Shown: piece after piece, positions 1-9,107 of the stretch
Numbering within the stretch: the stretch's first letter is position 1
Layout of the letters: each line of letters begins with the position of its first letter
DNA from: an uncultured Hyphomicrobiales bacterium
GTDB taxonomy: Bacteria > Pseudomonadota > Alphaproteobacteria > Rhizobiales > Devosiaceae
Assembly: GCA_903828145.1 (NCBI GenBank)
Contig: CAIKKY010000030.1
Location: 49,658-113,657, forward strand
Direction of reading: 5' to 3'
Length of the DNA: 64,000 bases
Made by a program: the position numbers and the translations under genes
The notes under the pieces: model-generated
Database searches by the model: none
The model's input: only the letters and a program-made list of their open reading frames with translations
What the model was told of the DNA's origin: nothing

Positions 1-838
1 CGCCCTCAAGCCCGATGACCAAAGCCGGCACGAGATAGCCATAAGCAATGACCTTGGCTGATGGCAGATGCAGCGCCGCAAATTGCACGAGGAAGAAGGC
101 AATCGCCGTAGGCCCGGCGGCGAGGTAGAGCACACACCACCACACCACCGGCGGCAGGTGCAGCCAATCAATGGTAAACAGCGCCGGCAGGCAGGACACG
201 CCAATCCAGAGCGCCGTAGCGAACAGCGACCAGAAGCTGAGAACCAGCGGATGCTCACCCCGGTTCAGCTTGCGCACGAAGGGCGTGTAGAACGCATAGG
301 CCACGCAGCCGATGAAATAGATCAGCTCGCCCTGGCCGATTTCAAAACGCAGCAGCGCGCCAAGGTCCGCCCGGAAAATCACCCAGATCGCCCCGAGTGC
401 CGCAACGACGAGGCTGACAATCACCGTCGGGCCCGAGCGCTGACGCAGGATGAAAAACGCCGTGACCGCTGTCATCAGCGGCACCAGCGTGAAAATGGCG
501 CTGGTGGCGACCGGCAGGGTGATTTCGAGCGCGATGAACATCGTGACGAAATACACGGCCATCAGAAACCCGATGATGCCGAAGCGCCAGGGCGCGCGCG
601 GCAGCACGAATTTCTGCCGCATCGGCCCAAAGGCAAACGCCCCCATCATGAGGGTGGCCATGACAAAGCGCAGTGTGTTGAGCGGCGCCGGGGCGAGGTA
701 AGGCACGGCCCAGGACCCGAAGGTGAATGATCCCGCGATCAGGGCCGCAAACAGCAGCATGGCAAGGTGCGCAAGAAGGCGCTCGCGCCGGGTGGAGCGC
801 GACCGGAGAGGGATGGCTGCTGAAGACAGCGTGCTCAC
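1..838 (-). CDS. DMT/EamA family transporter (3' end outside window)
   Basis: Reverse-strand reading from GTG at 838 gives MSTLSSAAIPLRSRSTRRERLLAHLAMLLFAALIAGSFTFG..., followed by continuous hydrophobic helices typical of EamA. It is absent from the ORF track because no stop falls inside the window. Confidence 0.8.
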   Translation of the reverse strand, partial: MSTLSSAAIPLRSRSTRRERLLAHLAMLLFAALIAGSFTFGSWAVPYLAPAPLNTLRFVMATLMMGAFAFGPMRQKFVLPRAPWRFGIIGFLMAVYFVTMFIALEITLPVATSAIFTLVPLMTAVTAFFILRQRSGPTVIVSLVVAALGAIWVIFRADLGALLRFEIGQGELIYFIGCVAYAFYTPFVRKLNRGEHPLVLSFWSLFATALWIGVSCLPALFTIDWLHLPPVVWWCVLYLAAGPTAIAFFLVQFAALHLPSAKVIAYGYLVPALVIGLEG

Positions 839-839
839 G

Positions 840-1214
840 CTAGAGCGACAGCGCAATGAGCAGCAGGAAACCACCGATCAGCGCCGAATTCAGCAGGGTT
901 GCGGTGGTGTGCGGATAGCGGTCGGCCCCGGAATATTTCCACATCGGGTGAAACAGCGTGGTCGCGAGCACGAGGAACACGATCATCAGCACACTGCCCA
1001 CAACTGCCCACGGGCCGATGGCGGACAACAGCCCGCCGGCCAGTTGCAGGCCCACGCCCACGATCACCACCGGCCGTGCCAGAGGGATGGACTGGTCCTT
1101 GAGAATGCCCGAGAGGCGCTCGACATTGCCGAAATTGCGGATCGCAAAAATCACGAACGTGCCGCCCAGCAGCAGCCGGGCAATAACAACGATATTGGCA
1201 GCCAGTTCGCTCAT
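840..1214 (-). CDS. DoxX family membrane protein
   Basis: 124 aa with four hydrophobic segments; ARLLLGGTF and TTLFHPMW motifs typical of DoxX. Confidence 0.8.
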   Translation of the reverse strand: MSELAANIVVIARLLLGGTFVIFAIRNFGNVERLSGILKDQSIPLARPVVIVGVGLQLAGGLLSAIGPWAVVGSVLMIVFLVLATTLFHPMWKYSGADRYPHTTATLLNSALIGGFLLLIALSL

Positions 1215-1342
1215 AACATTCCCCCCTGAAATCGGCCGGACCCTATCGCGCGGAACCGCGCGAGGGGAGTGCGCCTTTGGACTTATCCGACCATTTGCGG
1301 TGCCGACCGATTTTGGCAGACCATCAGCGCGGCCGTTAAAGC

Positions 1343-1370
1343 AAAAGGGCGGGCCCGAAGACCCGCCCCT
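1343..1370 (-). terminator. Probable intrinsic terminator after preA
   Basis: Minus strand reads AGGGGCGGG-TCTTCGGG-CCCGCCCTTTTGCTTT (GC stem plus U-run), about 20 nt after the preA stop. Confidence 0.65.
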
Positions 1371-1391
1371 GCTGTGGCGGAAGGAGACGGA

Positions 1392-2717
1392 TTATTCGGC
1401 CGGTTCCAGCTTTTTGTGGGTGGGCATCGGGTTGTTCGGATGCGACGTCCAGTTGGCGTACTCGGGCGCCACCACCTTCTTTGTGCGCTGGTCCAACATG
1501 CCGGGTTCCAGCGCCACCATGTCGATGCAATTATCGACCGGGCAGACGTTGACGCACAGGTTGCAGCCCACGCATTCGTCTTCCAGCACCTCGAAATGCC
1601 GCTTGCCGTTCAGCTCTTTGGTGATGGCCTGATGCGACGTGTCCTCGCACGCAATGTGGCAGCGGCCGCACTTGATGCAGAGCTCCTGATCGATGCGCGC
1701 CTTGGTGATGTAGTTGAGGTTGAGGTACTGCCAGTCGGTCACATTCGGGGTGGCGCGGCCGACGAAATCCTCAAGCGTGCGATGGCCCTTCTCGTCCATC
1801 CAGTTATTCAGCCCCGAGATCATCTCTTCGACGATCTTGAAGCCATAGGTCATGGCCGCCGTGCACACCTGCACATTGCCAGCGCCGAGCGCCATGAATT
1901 CGGCCGCATCGCGCCAGGTGGTGATGCCGCCAATGCCGGAAATCGGCAGGCCGCGCGTTTCCGCATCGCGGGCGATATCGGCCACCATATGCATCGCAAT
2001 CGGCTTCACCGCCGGGCCGCAATAGCCGCCATGCGTGCCCTTGCCGTCAATGGACGGCGTGGGCGAGAAGCTGTCGAGATCGACGCCGGTGATCGAATTG
2101 ATGGTGTTGATCAGCGACACCGCATCGGTGCCGCCGGCCTTGGCCGCGCGCGCCGGGCGGCGCACATCGGTCACGTTCGGGGTCAGCTTGGTGATGACCG
2201 GCATGCGTGAATACTGTTTGCACCAGCGCACGACCATTTCGACATATTCGGGCACCTGGCCAACGGCCGCACCCATGCCGCGCTCGCTCATGCCATGCGG
2301 GCAGCCGAAGTTGAGTTCGATGCCATCGGCCTCGGTTTCCTCGACCAGCGGCAGGATGGCTTTCCAGCTTTCCTCATCGCAGGGGACCATGATGGACACC
2401 ACGACCGCGCGGTCGGGCCAGTTCATCTTCACCTGCTTGATTTCGCGCAGGTTGGTCTGCAGGTCGCGGTCGGTGATCAGCTCGATATTGTTGAGCCCCA
2501 ACAGGCGACGGTCTGCGCCCCAGATCGCGCCATAGCGCGGCCCGTTGACGTTCACCACCGGCGGACCGGCTTCGCCGAGCGTCTTCCACACGACGCCGCC
2601 CCAGCCCGCCTTGAAGGCGCGCTCGACGTTATAGGCCTTGTCCGTCGGCGGGGCCGAGGCCAGCCAGAACGGATTGGGCGATTTGATGCCGACGAAATTA
2701 TTCCGAAGGTCAGCCAT
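1392..2717 (-). CDS. preA: NAD-dependent dihydropyrimidine dehydrogenase subunit PreA
   Basis: MADLRNNFVGIKSPNPFWLASAPPTD, ELNFGCPHG active-site loop, and C-terminal 2x[4Fe-4S] motifs (CIKCGRC, CVGCNLC). Start placed at MADL. Confidence 0.95.
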   Translation of the reverse strand: MADLRNNFVGIKSPNPFWLASAPPTDKAYNVERAFKAGWGGVVWKTLGEAGPPVVNVNGPRYGAIWGADRRLLGLNNIELITDRDLQTNLREIKQVKMNWPDRAVVVSIMVPCDEESWKAILPLVEETEADGIELNFGCPHGMSERGMGAAVGQVPEYVEMVVRWCKQYSRMPVITKLTPNVTDVRRPARAAKAGGTDAVSLINTINSITGVDLDSFSPTPSIDGKGTHGGYCGPAVKPIAMHMVADIARDAETRGLPISGIGGITTWRDAAEFMALGAGNVQVCTAAMTYGFKIVEEMISGLNNWMDEKGHRTLEDFVGRATPNVTDWQYLNLNYITKARIDQELCIKCGRCHIACEDTSHQAITKELNGKRHFEVLEDECVGCNLCVNVCPVDNCIDMVALEPGMLDQRTKKVVAPEYANWTSHPNNPMPTHKKLEPAE

Positions 2718-4098
2718 GGGTGCGTGCTCCCTCCACAAGGCGCGCTTGCGCGGTAATGCCGGAGCCGATCAGGGCCCGATGAATGCTTTCGGCCGCGTCG
2801 CGGCCCTCGGCAACGGCGGTCACGGTCAGGTCGTCGCCGCCCGTGGCGCAATCGCCCCCGGCCCAGACGCCCGAAACCGAGGTGCGGCCCTCGCCATCGA
2901 CGGCAATCTTGCCGCCCATCAGGTCCACGCCTTCGCCATCGCTGGCGAGGCTCTGGCCAATGGCCTTGAAAATCTGGTCGCAGGGAATGATCACGGTCTC
3001 GCCCGTCGGCACAAGCTTGCCGCCGTCCATCCGGGTGTAATCGAGTTCGAGACCCACAACCTTGCCGCCTTCGCTGAGCACCCGCTTGGGCGACAGCCAA
3101 TGCCGGATACTCACGCCTTTCGATGCCGCAAGATCCTGCTCGAAGCCGGAGGCGTTCATGTTCTCCTTGCCGCGACGGTAGCAGATGGTCACGGATTCAG
3201 CGCCGAGGAGCTTTGACTGGATGGCCGCATCAACAGCCGTCATGCCGCCGCCGATCACCACGACACGCCGACCGACGGGCACACTGGCCACGTCCTTGGC
3301 CTGCCGCAGGTCGGCAATGAAGTCCACCGCATTGGCGACACCGGCTGCGGTCTCGCCTTCGGCCCGCAGCGCATTGACGCCGCCAAGCCCGATGCCGAGG
3401 AACACCGCATCAAACTCAGCCGAAAGCTGCGCGAGGGTGAAATCATGGCCCAGCGCCTTGCCGTGGACCGTTGTGATACCGCCGATGGCGGTCACATAAT
3501 CCACTTCGCGCTGCGCGAAATTGCCGGTCGTCTTGTAGGTGGCGATGCCATATTCGTTGAGCCCGCCCGATTTGGCGTGCGCATCATACATCACGACATC
3601 ATGCCCGTAGCGCGCCAGCCGGTGCGCCGCCGACAGTCCCGCCGGACCTGCGCCCACCACGGCCACGCGTTTGCCGGTTTCCGGTGCGCGCTCGTAAAAC
3701 TGCCGGTCTTCGGCAATGGCGATGTCGGTCGCATAGCGCTGAAGCTGGCCGATCTGCACCGGCTTGCCTTCGGCCTCCATGCGCACGCAGGCCTCTTCAC
3801 ACAATTGCTCGGTGGGGCAGACGCGGGCACACATGCCCCCGAGGATATTCTGGTCGAAAATGGTTTCCGCCGCGCCGAGCGGATTGTCGGTCGCGATCTC
3901 GCGGATGAACAGCGGGATGTCGATCGAGGTCGGACAGGCCGTCATGCAGGGCGCATCGAAGCAGAAATAGCAGCGGTCTGCCTCAACCCGCGCCTCATGC
4001 GCGTCAAATGGCACATGCAGATCCGAAAAATTCTGCTGGTACTCGCCTGCGGCCAAGCGGCCCGCCGCGATCCCCTCTTTGAGCACTCCGTTCGCCAT
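2710..4098 (-). CDS. preT: Dihydropyrimidine dehydrogenase subunit PreT (GltD-like)
   Basis: RCYFCFDAPCMTACP Fe-S motif, GAGPAG FAD and GGGMTA NAD(P) motifs; overlaps the preA start. Confidence 0.92.
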   Translation of the reverse strand: MANGVLKEGIAAGRLAAGEYQQNFSDLHVPFDAHEARVEADRCYFCFDAPCMTACPTSIDIPLFIREIATDNPLGAAETIFDQNILGGMCARVCPTEQLCEEACVRMEAEGKPVQIGQLQRYATDIAIAEDRQFYERAPETGKRVAVVGAGPAGLSAAHRLARYGHDVVMYDAHAKSGGLNEYGIATYKTTGNFAQREVDYVTAIGGITTVHGKALGHDFTLAQLSAEFDAVFLGIGLGGVNALRAEGETAAGVANAVDFIADLRQAKDVASVPVGRRVVVIGGGMTAVDAAIQSKLLGAESVTICYRRGKENMNASGFEQDLAASKGVSIRHWLSPKRVLSEGGKVVGLELDYTRMDGGKLVPTGETVIIPCDQIFKAIGQSLASDGEGVDLMGGKIAVDGEGRTSVSGVWAGGDCATGGDDLTVTAVAEGRDAAESIHRALIGSGITAQARLVEGARTHG

Positions 4099-4152
4099 AG
4101 CCGCTCCCTCAGCATTGCAACCGTGTGAAGGACGCTAGCGCAGCCGGTAATT

Positions 4153-4168
4153 TTTATCAATTGGTCAA
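4153..4168. promoter_or_regulatory. RutR/PydR-like operator upstream of preT
   Basis: TTTATCAATTGGTCAA versus RutR consensus TTGACCAnnTGGTCAA (2 mismatches), 55 nt upstream of the preT start. Confidence 0.55.
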
Positions 4169-4476
4169 AATTGAACGAAAGGTCAGCGATAGTGCCACAT
4201 TTTTGCCCTAATCACGCCACGGACCTGTCCAGATTAACGGCTGTGCCGAACAGATTATCCACACAGTAATGTGACTGGTCTAATATTCATAAAAGGCCAA
4301 ATTTTGCGTTAAACTATTGATATTAATAAAAAAAATGGTTGTAAATCAAATTTTAACACTGAGGCAAATGGGCAACATTTAAACTGCCATCTATCGCTTT
4401 TACCCCTCACTCATATTCTCGCCACATGCGCAGGGATTGTTACGTCTCGTCGTAACGAACGCGAGTAGTTAGAAGG

Positions 4477-4836
4477 TTGCATAAAAACATCCTTATGGTC
4501 GCCGCTCTGCTGGCCGCCCTTTCGGGCATGTCGTCGTCGGCAATGGCATCTGACCAATGCGGTAAAGCCTCCTGGTATGGCCCGGGGTTTCACGGCAAAA
4601 AAACGGCCTCGGGCCAGCGGTTCAACCAGAATGCCATGACCGCTGCCCACAAGACTCTCCCCCTCGGTTCGGTTGTACGCGTCACCAACCGCGCCACGGG
4701 AAAGTCGATCAAGGTCACCATCAACGACCGCGGTCCTTTCGTTAAAGGACGCATTATCGACCTCTCAGCGGCCGCAGCGGCCGCCCTTGGCACCAAAGGG
4801 TCCGGCGTCGGATCCGTGTGCATCGTCCGCCTCTAG
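4477..4836 (+). CDS. rlpA: RlpA family lytic transglycosylase (DPBB domain only, signal peptide, no SPOR domain)
   Basis: [22 protein letters not shown] and RIIDLS motifs; TTG start. Confidence 0.9.
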   Translation: MHKNILMVAALLAALSGMSSSAMASDQCGKASWYGPGFHGKKTASGQRFNQNAMTAAHKTLPLGSVVRVTNRATGKSIKVTINDRGPFVKGRIIDLSAAAAAALGTKGSGVGSVCIVRL

Positions 4837-4857
4837 ATCCGGGGCGCACCACAATCG

Positions 4858-4895
4858 ACACCGGCTCCATCCCACCCGATGGGGCCGGTGTTTCT
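4858..4895. terminator. Hairpin/terminator between convergent rlpA and the small ORF
   Basis: ACACCGGCTCCATC-ccacc-GATGGGGCCGGTGT followed by TTCT. Confidence 0.65.
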
Positions 4896-5108
4896 CTACC
4901 CATCATTTTCTGAATTCAGTTCCGGTGGGGTGAGGCCGGCGCCTTCGGGGTCGAGCGTGGTGTGGCCCGGTGCGCCACCGCCACCGGCGAGCGCCCGGTA
5001 GACATCGAGCGCCATCTGGTCGAGCGCGAGCTGGCCCCGCACCTCAGGACTATGGCGGATAAGACTTTCCTCCAGCGCCCTGCGGATGATGTCGAGCCGA
5101 TTTGCCAT
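4896..5108 (-). CDS. Small hypothetical protein (70 aa) ending LTPPELNSENDG
   Basis: GGAGG SD just upstream of ATG 5108; the PxELNxxND tail resembles small alphaproteobacterial proteins (recalled, not searched). Confidence 0.65.
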   Translation of the reverse strand: MANRLDIIRRALEESLIRHSPEVRGQLALDQMALDVYRALAGGGGAPGHTTLDPEGAGLTPPELNSENDG

Positions 5109-5127
5109 GAACGCCTCCATGGTTCTC

Positions 5128-5153
5128 AACGCTGGCGCTGGCCTTGCGGTTGC
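5128..5153 (-). promoter_or_regulatory. Candidate sigma-EcfG/sigma-T promoter
   Basis: Minus strand GCAAC-N17-CGTT (consensus GGAAC-N16/17-CGTT) directly upstream of the SD of the small ORF. Confidence 0.3.
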
Positions 5154-5249
5154 GCTTGTTCACCGCGTTCCGAAAATTAGCGGTGAACTGGCCTTTTCTT
5201 CCGCCGCCCCTTGGTCTTAAGTGCGCCTCGGTTTGAGGGAGACGGCATC

Positions 5250-6188
5250 ATGGCCAAACACAAGATCGCGGTAATCGGCATTGGCAAGATCGCGCAGGAT
5301 CAGCACCTGCCGGTGATCGATAAAAGCCCTGATTTCGAGCTGGCCGCCTGCGTGTCGACGCGCGGCCTGGGCCATGGCGGCGTGCCGGTGTTCAAGACCC
5401 CGGCTGAACTCTACAAGGCCATGCCCGATGTGCAGCTTGTGGCCATGTGCACGCCGCCCAATGTGCGCCATGCCATGGTGCGCGAGGCGATTGATGCGGG
5501 CAAGGATGTGCTGCTCGAAAAGCCGCCGACCACCACGATCACCGAATTCGAGGATCTGGTGAGCTATGGCGAGAAAAAGGGCGCGCTGCTGTTTCAGACC
5601 TGGCACTCGCGCTACAACGCCGCCGTCGAGGCCGCCCGCCTGATCCTTAAGGATGAAGGTGTGGCCGAGCTGCGTATCGATTGGCGCGAAAGCGTGCGCA
5701 AATGGCACCCCAATCAGGATTGGGTGTGGGAGCCGGGCGGCTATGGGGTGTGCGACCCCGGCATCAATGCCATGTCGATCTTCACCGAGATCATGCCCTA
5801 CCCGGTCTTTGTCGAAAAAGCCGTGCTGCGCGTGCCCGCCAACCGGCAGACGCCCGTCGATGTCGATATCGTGTTCAAGTCGACCGCCAAGCACAAGCCG
5901 CGGCTGACCGCCGGGTTCAACTGGCTGGAAGAGACCGGCGAAATCTGGACGATTGCCGTTGAAACCCGCAAAGGCACCAAGCTGAAGCTCGAAAAGGGCG
6001 GTACCGTGCTGAAGGTCGACGGCCAGACCACCGTCGCCAACCCCTCTGAGGAATATGAGGCGATCTATGAGCGCTTTGCCAAGCTGCTCAAAAAGCGCAA
6101 ATCCGAAATGGACGGCACACCGCTGAGGCTGATGGGCGATGTGTTCTTTCTAGGGGCCCGTGAAACGGTTGAGCCGTTCACCTGGTAA
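5250..6188 (+). CDS. Gfo/Idh/MocA oxidoreductase, L-arabinose/D-galactose 1-dehydrogenase-like
   Basis: IAVIGIGKIAQDQHLP, LLEKPP and WREDV-like WRESVRKWHP motifs; GAGGGAG SD before ATG 5250. Confidence 0.85.
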   Translation: MAKHKIAVIGIGKIAQDQHLPVIDKSPDFELAACVSTRGLGHGGVPVFKTPAELYKAMPDVQLVAMCTPPNVRHAMVREAIDAGKDVLLEKPPTTTITEFEDLVSYGEKKGALLFQTWHSRYNAAVEAARLILKDEGVAELRIDWRESVRKWHPNQDWVWEPGGYGVCDPGINAMSIFTEIMPYPVFVEKAVLRVPANRQTPVDVDIVFKSTAKHKPRLTAGFNWLEETGEIWTIAVETRKGTKLKLEKGGTVLKVDGQTTVANPSEEYEAIYERFAKLLKKRKSEMDGTPLRLMGDVFFLGARETVEPFTW

Positions 6189-6250
6189 GGCTTCGCGGTG
6201 CCCGGCGACCAGTCTGGACTGGTGTCTGAACCGAGCATGGAGGGTGCAGG

Positions 6251-6748
6251 ATGTATGACAACATGAAGGGCTCGACCCACCCGTTGTCGCCGAAGGAAAT
6301 CGCGATCACCGCGATGCCGGACGATGAGCGTATCTGGGTGCCGCAGGCCGAGAATGTGTGGTTCCGGCCGCTCATGCTCAACACGCTGCAGGGCCAGTGG
6401 TGCAACCTTCTGCGGGTGCGGAAGTCCGGCATTTTGAGCCGTCACCTCCACCCGCAGCCTGTTCATGGCTATGTCATCAAGGGCCGCTGGCACTATCTCG
6501 AACACAAGTGGTTTGCCGAAACCGGCTCCTATGTGTTCGAGCCGCCCGGGGAAATCCACACGCTGACCGTCCCCGAGGACTGCCCCGAGATGATTACCTT
6601 CTTCAACATCTCAGGCGCGATGATCTACCTCGATAAGGCCAACACGCAGATCGGCTACGAGGACGTGTTCACCAAAATCGACATGTGTCGCCGTCATTAT
6701 TCGGCGGTGGGTCTCGGCGCCGATTATGTCGATCAGTTCGTCCGGTAA
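6251..6748 (+). CDS. 2,4'-dihydroxyacetophenone dioxygenase (DAD)-family cupin
   Basis: Cupin His motifs RHLHPQPVHG and YVFEPPGEIHTL; GGAGG SD. Confidence 0.8.
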   Translation: MYDNMKGSTHPLSPKEIAITAMPDDERIWVPQAENVWFRPLMLNTLQGQWCNLLRVRKSGILSRHLHPQPVHGYVIKGRWHYLEHKWFAETGSYVFEPPGEIHTLTVPEDCPEMITFFNISGAMIYLDKANTQIGYEDVFTKIDMCRRHYSAVGLGADYVDQFVR

Positions 6749-6751
6749 GTC

Positions 6752-7477
6752 ATGAGCCCGTTCGCCAGCTTTTTCGCCGACCGTACCGTGGTGATCACCG
6801 GCGGATCGGGCGGAATCGGGCAGGGCATTGGTCGCGCTTTCGCCGAGGCGGGGGCGAAAGTTCATGCCACCGGCGCCTCAGAGGCTGAAATTGCCGCAGC
6901 CAAAGCTAATCAACCTGATTTCAGTTATTCAGTGCTAAATGTCCGCAGCGACAGCGAAATCAGGGCCCTTGCAGAGCGCTTTGACCGGGTGGATGTGCTT
7001 GTTAACTGCGCGGGGGTTAATCTCCGCGCCGCCGAGTTCACCATGGACGGATTTGAGGCTGTCCTCGACATCAACCTCACCGGCACCATGCGCTGTGCCA
7101 CCGCGTTCCGCGACAGGCTGAAGGGTGGCGCGATCCTCAATATCGGGTCGGTGTTTTCGTTTTTCGGTGCGCCGCATGCGCCGGCCTACGCGGCCAGCAA
7201 GGGCGCGGTCGTCAGCCTCACCAAATCGCTCGCCATCGCCTATGCAGCGGACCCGATCCGCGTGAACGCGCTGGCGCCCGGCTGGATCGAGACAGCGATG
7301 ACGGCGGTGCCGCGCGCCAACCCCGTGCGTAATGCTGAACTGATGGCACGCACCCCCTTGGGGCGCTGGGGCACCCCGGCGGACCTTGCGCCCGCCGCGC
7401 TGCTTCTCTGTTCCCCGCTCGCGGGCTTCATCACCGGGGCGACGCTCCCGGTCGATGGCGGCTACATGGCAGTCTGA
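6752..7477 (+). CDS. SDR family NAD(P)-dependent oxidoreductase
   Basis: TGGSGGIG, NCAG, YAASKG and VNALAPG motifs. Confidence 0.92.
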   Translation: MSPFASFFADRTVVITGGSGGIGQGIGRAFAEAGAKVHATGASEAEIAAAKANQPDFSYSVLNVRSDSEIRALAERFDRVDVLVNCAGVNLRAAEFTMDGFEAVLDINLTGTMRCATAFRDRLKGGAILNIGSVFSFFGAPHAPAYAASKGAVVSLTKSLAIAYAADPIRVNALAPGWIETAMTAVPRANPVRNAELMARTPLGRWGTPADLAPAALLLCSPLAGFITGATLPVDGGYMAV

Positions 7478-7481
7478 GGGG

Positions 7482-8429
7482 TTACCGACCCGCCGCGCTC
7501 AGCAGGGCAAGATCGTCGGCCTTAAGTGTGAGCCGGGCGCCGCGCGCCAGACTTTCAACCTGCGCCACCGACGTGGCCGACGCAATTGGTGCCGCCACGG
7601 CCGGCTGTGCCGCCAGCCAGGCGAGCGCGATTTCGCTCAGCGCGGCCCCGGTGCGCGCCGCCACCTCATCCATCGCCGCGAGAATTTTGAGCCCCCGCTC
7701 GTTCAGGTATTTCTGCACCACGCCGCGCCCGCGCGGGCTTTTCTCGGCATCGGCAGCGCTGCGGTACTTGCCGGTGAGGAATCCGGACGCCAGCCCGTAA
7801 TACGGGATCATCGCGATGTCTTCCTTGACACAGAGATCCTGCAGCGCGCCTTCGAACCCGCTGCGCGTAAAGAGATTGTATTCGTTCTGGAGTGTCTCGT
7901 AGCGCGCCAGTCCCCGCGCCTTCGAAACCGCGAGGGCCTCGCTCAGCAGCGCCACGTCATGGTTCGAGGTGCCGATAAACCGGACCTTGCCCGCCTTCAC
8001 CAGCCGGTCATGGGCCTCCAGCGTTTCGTCCTGCGGCGTCCTCGGGTCAGGCCAATGGCTCTGGTAGAGATCGATATAGTCGGTCTGAAGCCGCTTCAGC
8101 GACTGTTCGACCTCGGCGATGATCCATTGCGCCGAGAGATCATTATGGCCCTGGCCCATGTCGGTGCCGACCTTGGTGAACACCAGCACGCGAGCGCGGT
8201 TGCCGCGCGCCTTCATCCAGCGGCCAATGATCTTTTCGCTGTCGCTGTCATTGCCCGGCACCCAGCGCGAATAGCTGTCGGCCGTATCAATGGCGGTGAA
8301 GCCTTCGGCCACGAAGGCATCGAGCACGGCAAACGAGGTCGGCTCGTCGGCGGTCCAGCCCACCACATTGGTGCCGAGGATCAGCGGGGCAATCGACAGG
8401 TCGGTGCGGCCGAGGCGACGAAGGGACAT
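7482..8429 (-). CDS. Aldo/keto reductase
   Basis: RRLGRTDL, IDTADSY, SLKRLQTDYIDLYQSHWPD and GKVRFIGTSN motifs. Confidence 0.92.
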   Translation of the reverse strand: MSLRRLGRTDLSIAPLILGTNVVGWTADEPTSFAVLDAFVAEGFTAIDTADSYSRWVPGNDSDSEKIIGRWMKARGNRARVLVFTKVGTDMGQGHNDLSAQWIIAEVEQSLKRLQTDYIDLYQSHWPDPRTPQDETLEAHDRLVKAGKVRFIGTSNHDVALLSEALAVSKARGLARYETLQNEYNLFTRSGFEGALQDLCVKEDIAMIPYYGLASGFLTGKYRSAADAEKSPRGRGVVQKYLNERGLKILAAMDEVAARTGAALSEIALAWLAAQPAVAAPIASATSVAQVESLARGARLTLKADDLALLSAAGR

Positions 8430-8457
8430 GGCAGGCTCCATAAAAAGGGGGCGCAGC

Positions 8458-8847
8458 TCAGCGCCGCATCTGAATCAGGTCCCACAGATTACCACAGACA
8501 TCGCGGAACACGGCCACCGTGCCATAGGGCTCGTGCCGGGGCTCTTCGAGAAAGATTACCCCCGCCGCCAGCATGCGCGCATGATCGGCGGCGAAATCGG
8601 TGGATTCGAGAAAGAACCCCACCCGCCCGCCGGTCTGGTTGCCGATGGCGGCGACCTGTGCGGCCCCCGAGGCTTTGGCGAGCAGCAGCCGCGAGCCGCC
8701 GCCCGGCGCTTCCACCAGCACCCAGCGTTTGCCGTCATCGAGGAGCGTATCCTCCACAAGCCGGAACCCGAGTGCATTGGTGAAAAACCCAATCGCCGCA
8801 TCGAGATCGGCGACAACGAAACTGACGGTGGCGAGACGGATTGTCAT
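8458..8847 (-). CDS. VOC (glyoxalase-like) family protein
   Basis: DLDAAIGFFTNALGF, EEPRHEPYG and FRDVCGNLWDL motifs. Confidence 0.88.
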   Translation of the reverse strand: MTIRLATVSFVVADLDAAIGFFTNALGFRLVEDTLLDDGKRWVLVEAPGGGSRLLLAKASGAAQVAAIGNQTGGRVGFFLESTDFAADHARMLAAGVIFLEEPRHEPYGTVAVFRDVCGNLWDLIQMRR

Positions 8848-9107
8848 CACACCTCTCTGCCGCGAGAGGCGCCGGGGGTCAAGGCCCGCGGCTGGTGGAG
8901 GCCCGATGGTTCATTCCAAGAACCGGCGCGGGGACGCAAAGCAGTTCTCCGGCATACGCTGCGGTTAAAACGCCGTTCTGGATCAGGGATTTGACCGTGT
9001 GGTCAAACTCCATATTGCCACGGTCGGTAAAAACCGCTTTGGTGCGCGCAAGCTTCAGTCAACCATTACAGACACTGGAGCGCAAAAATCACATGGGAGT
9101 GTCCATC

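Noticed and set aside
68-730. Plus-strand 220-aa Arg/His-rich ORF
   Set aside because: Antisense to the DMT transporter on the minus strand.
4300-4390. Several TTAA words upstream of rlpA as CtrA boxes
   Set aside because: None show TTAA-N7-TTAA spacing; the region is simply AT-rich.
8841-9107. N-terminal extension of the dppA ORF (619 aa)
   Set aside because: The signal peptide and SD point to a start at 9108; the extension spans the promoter region.
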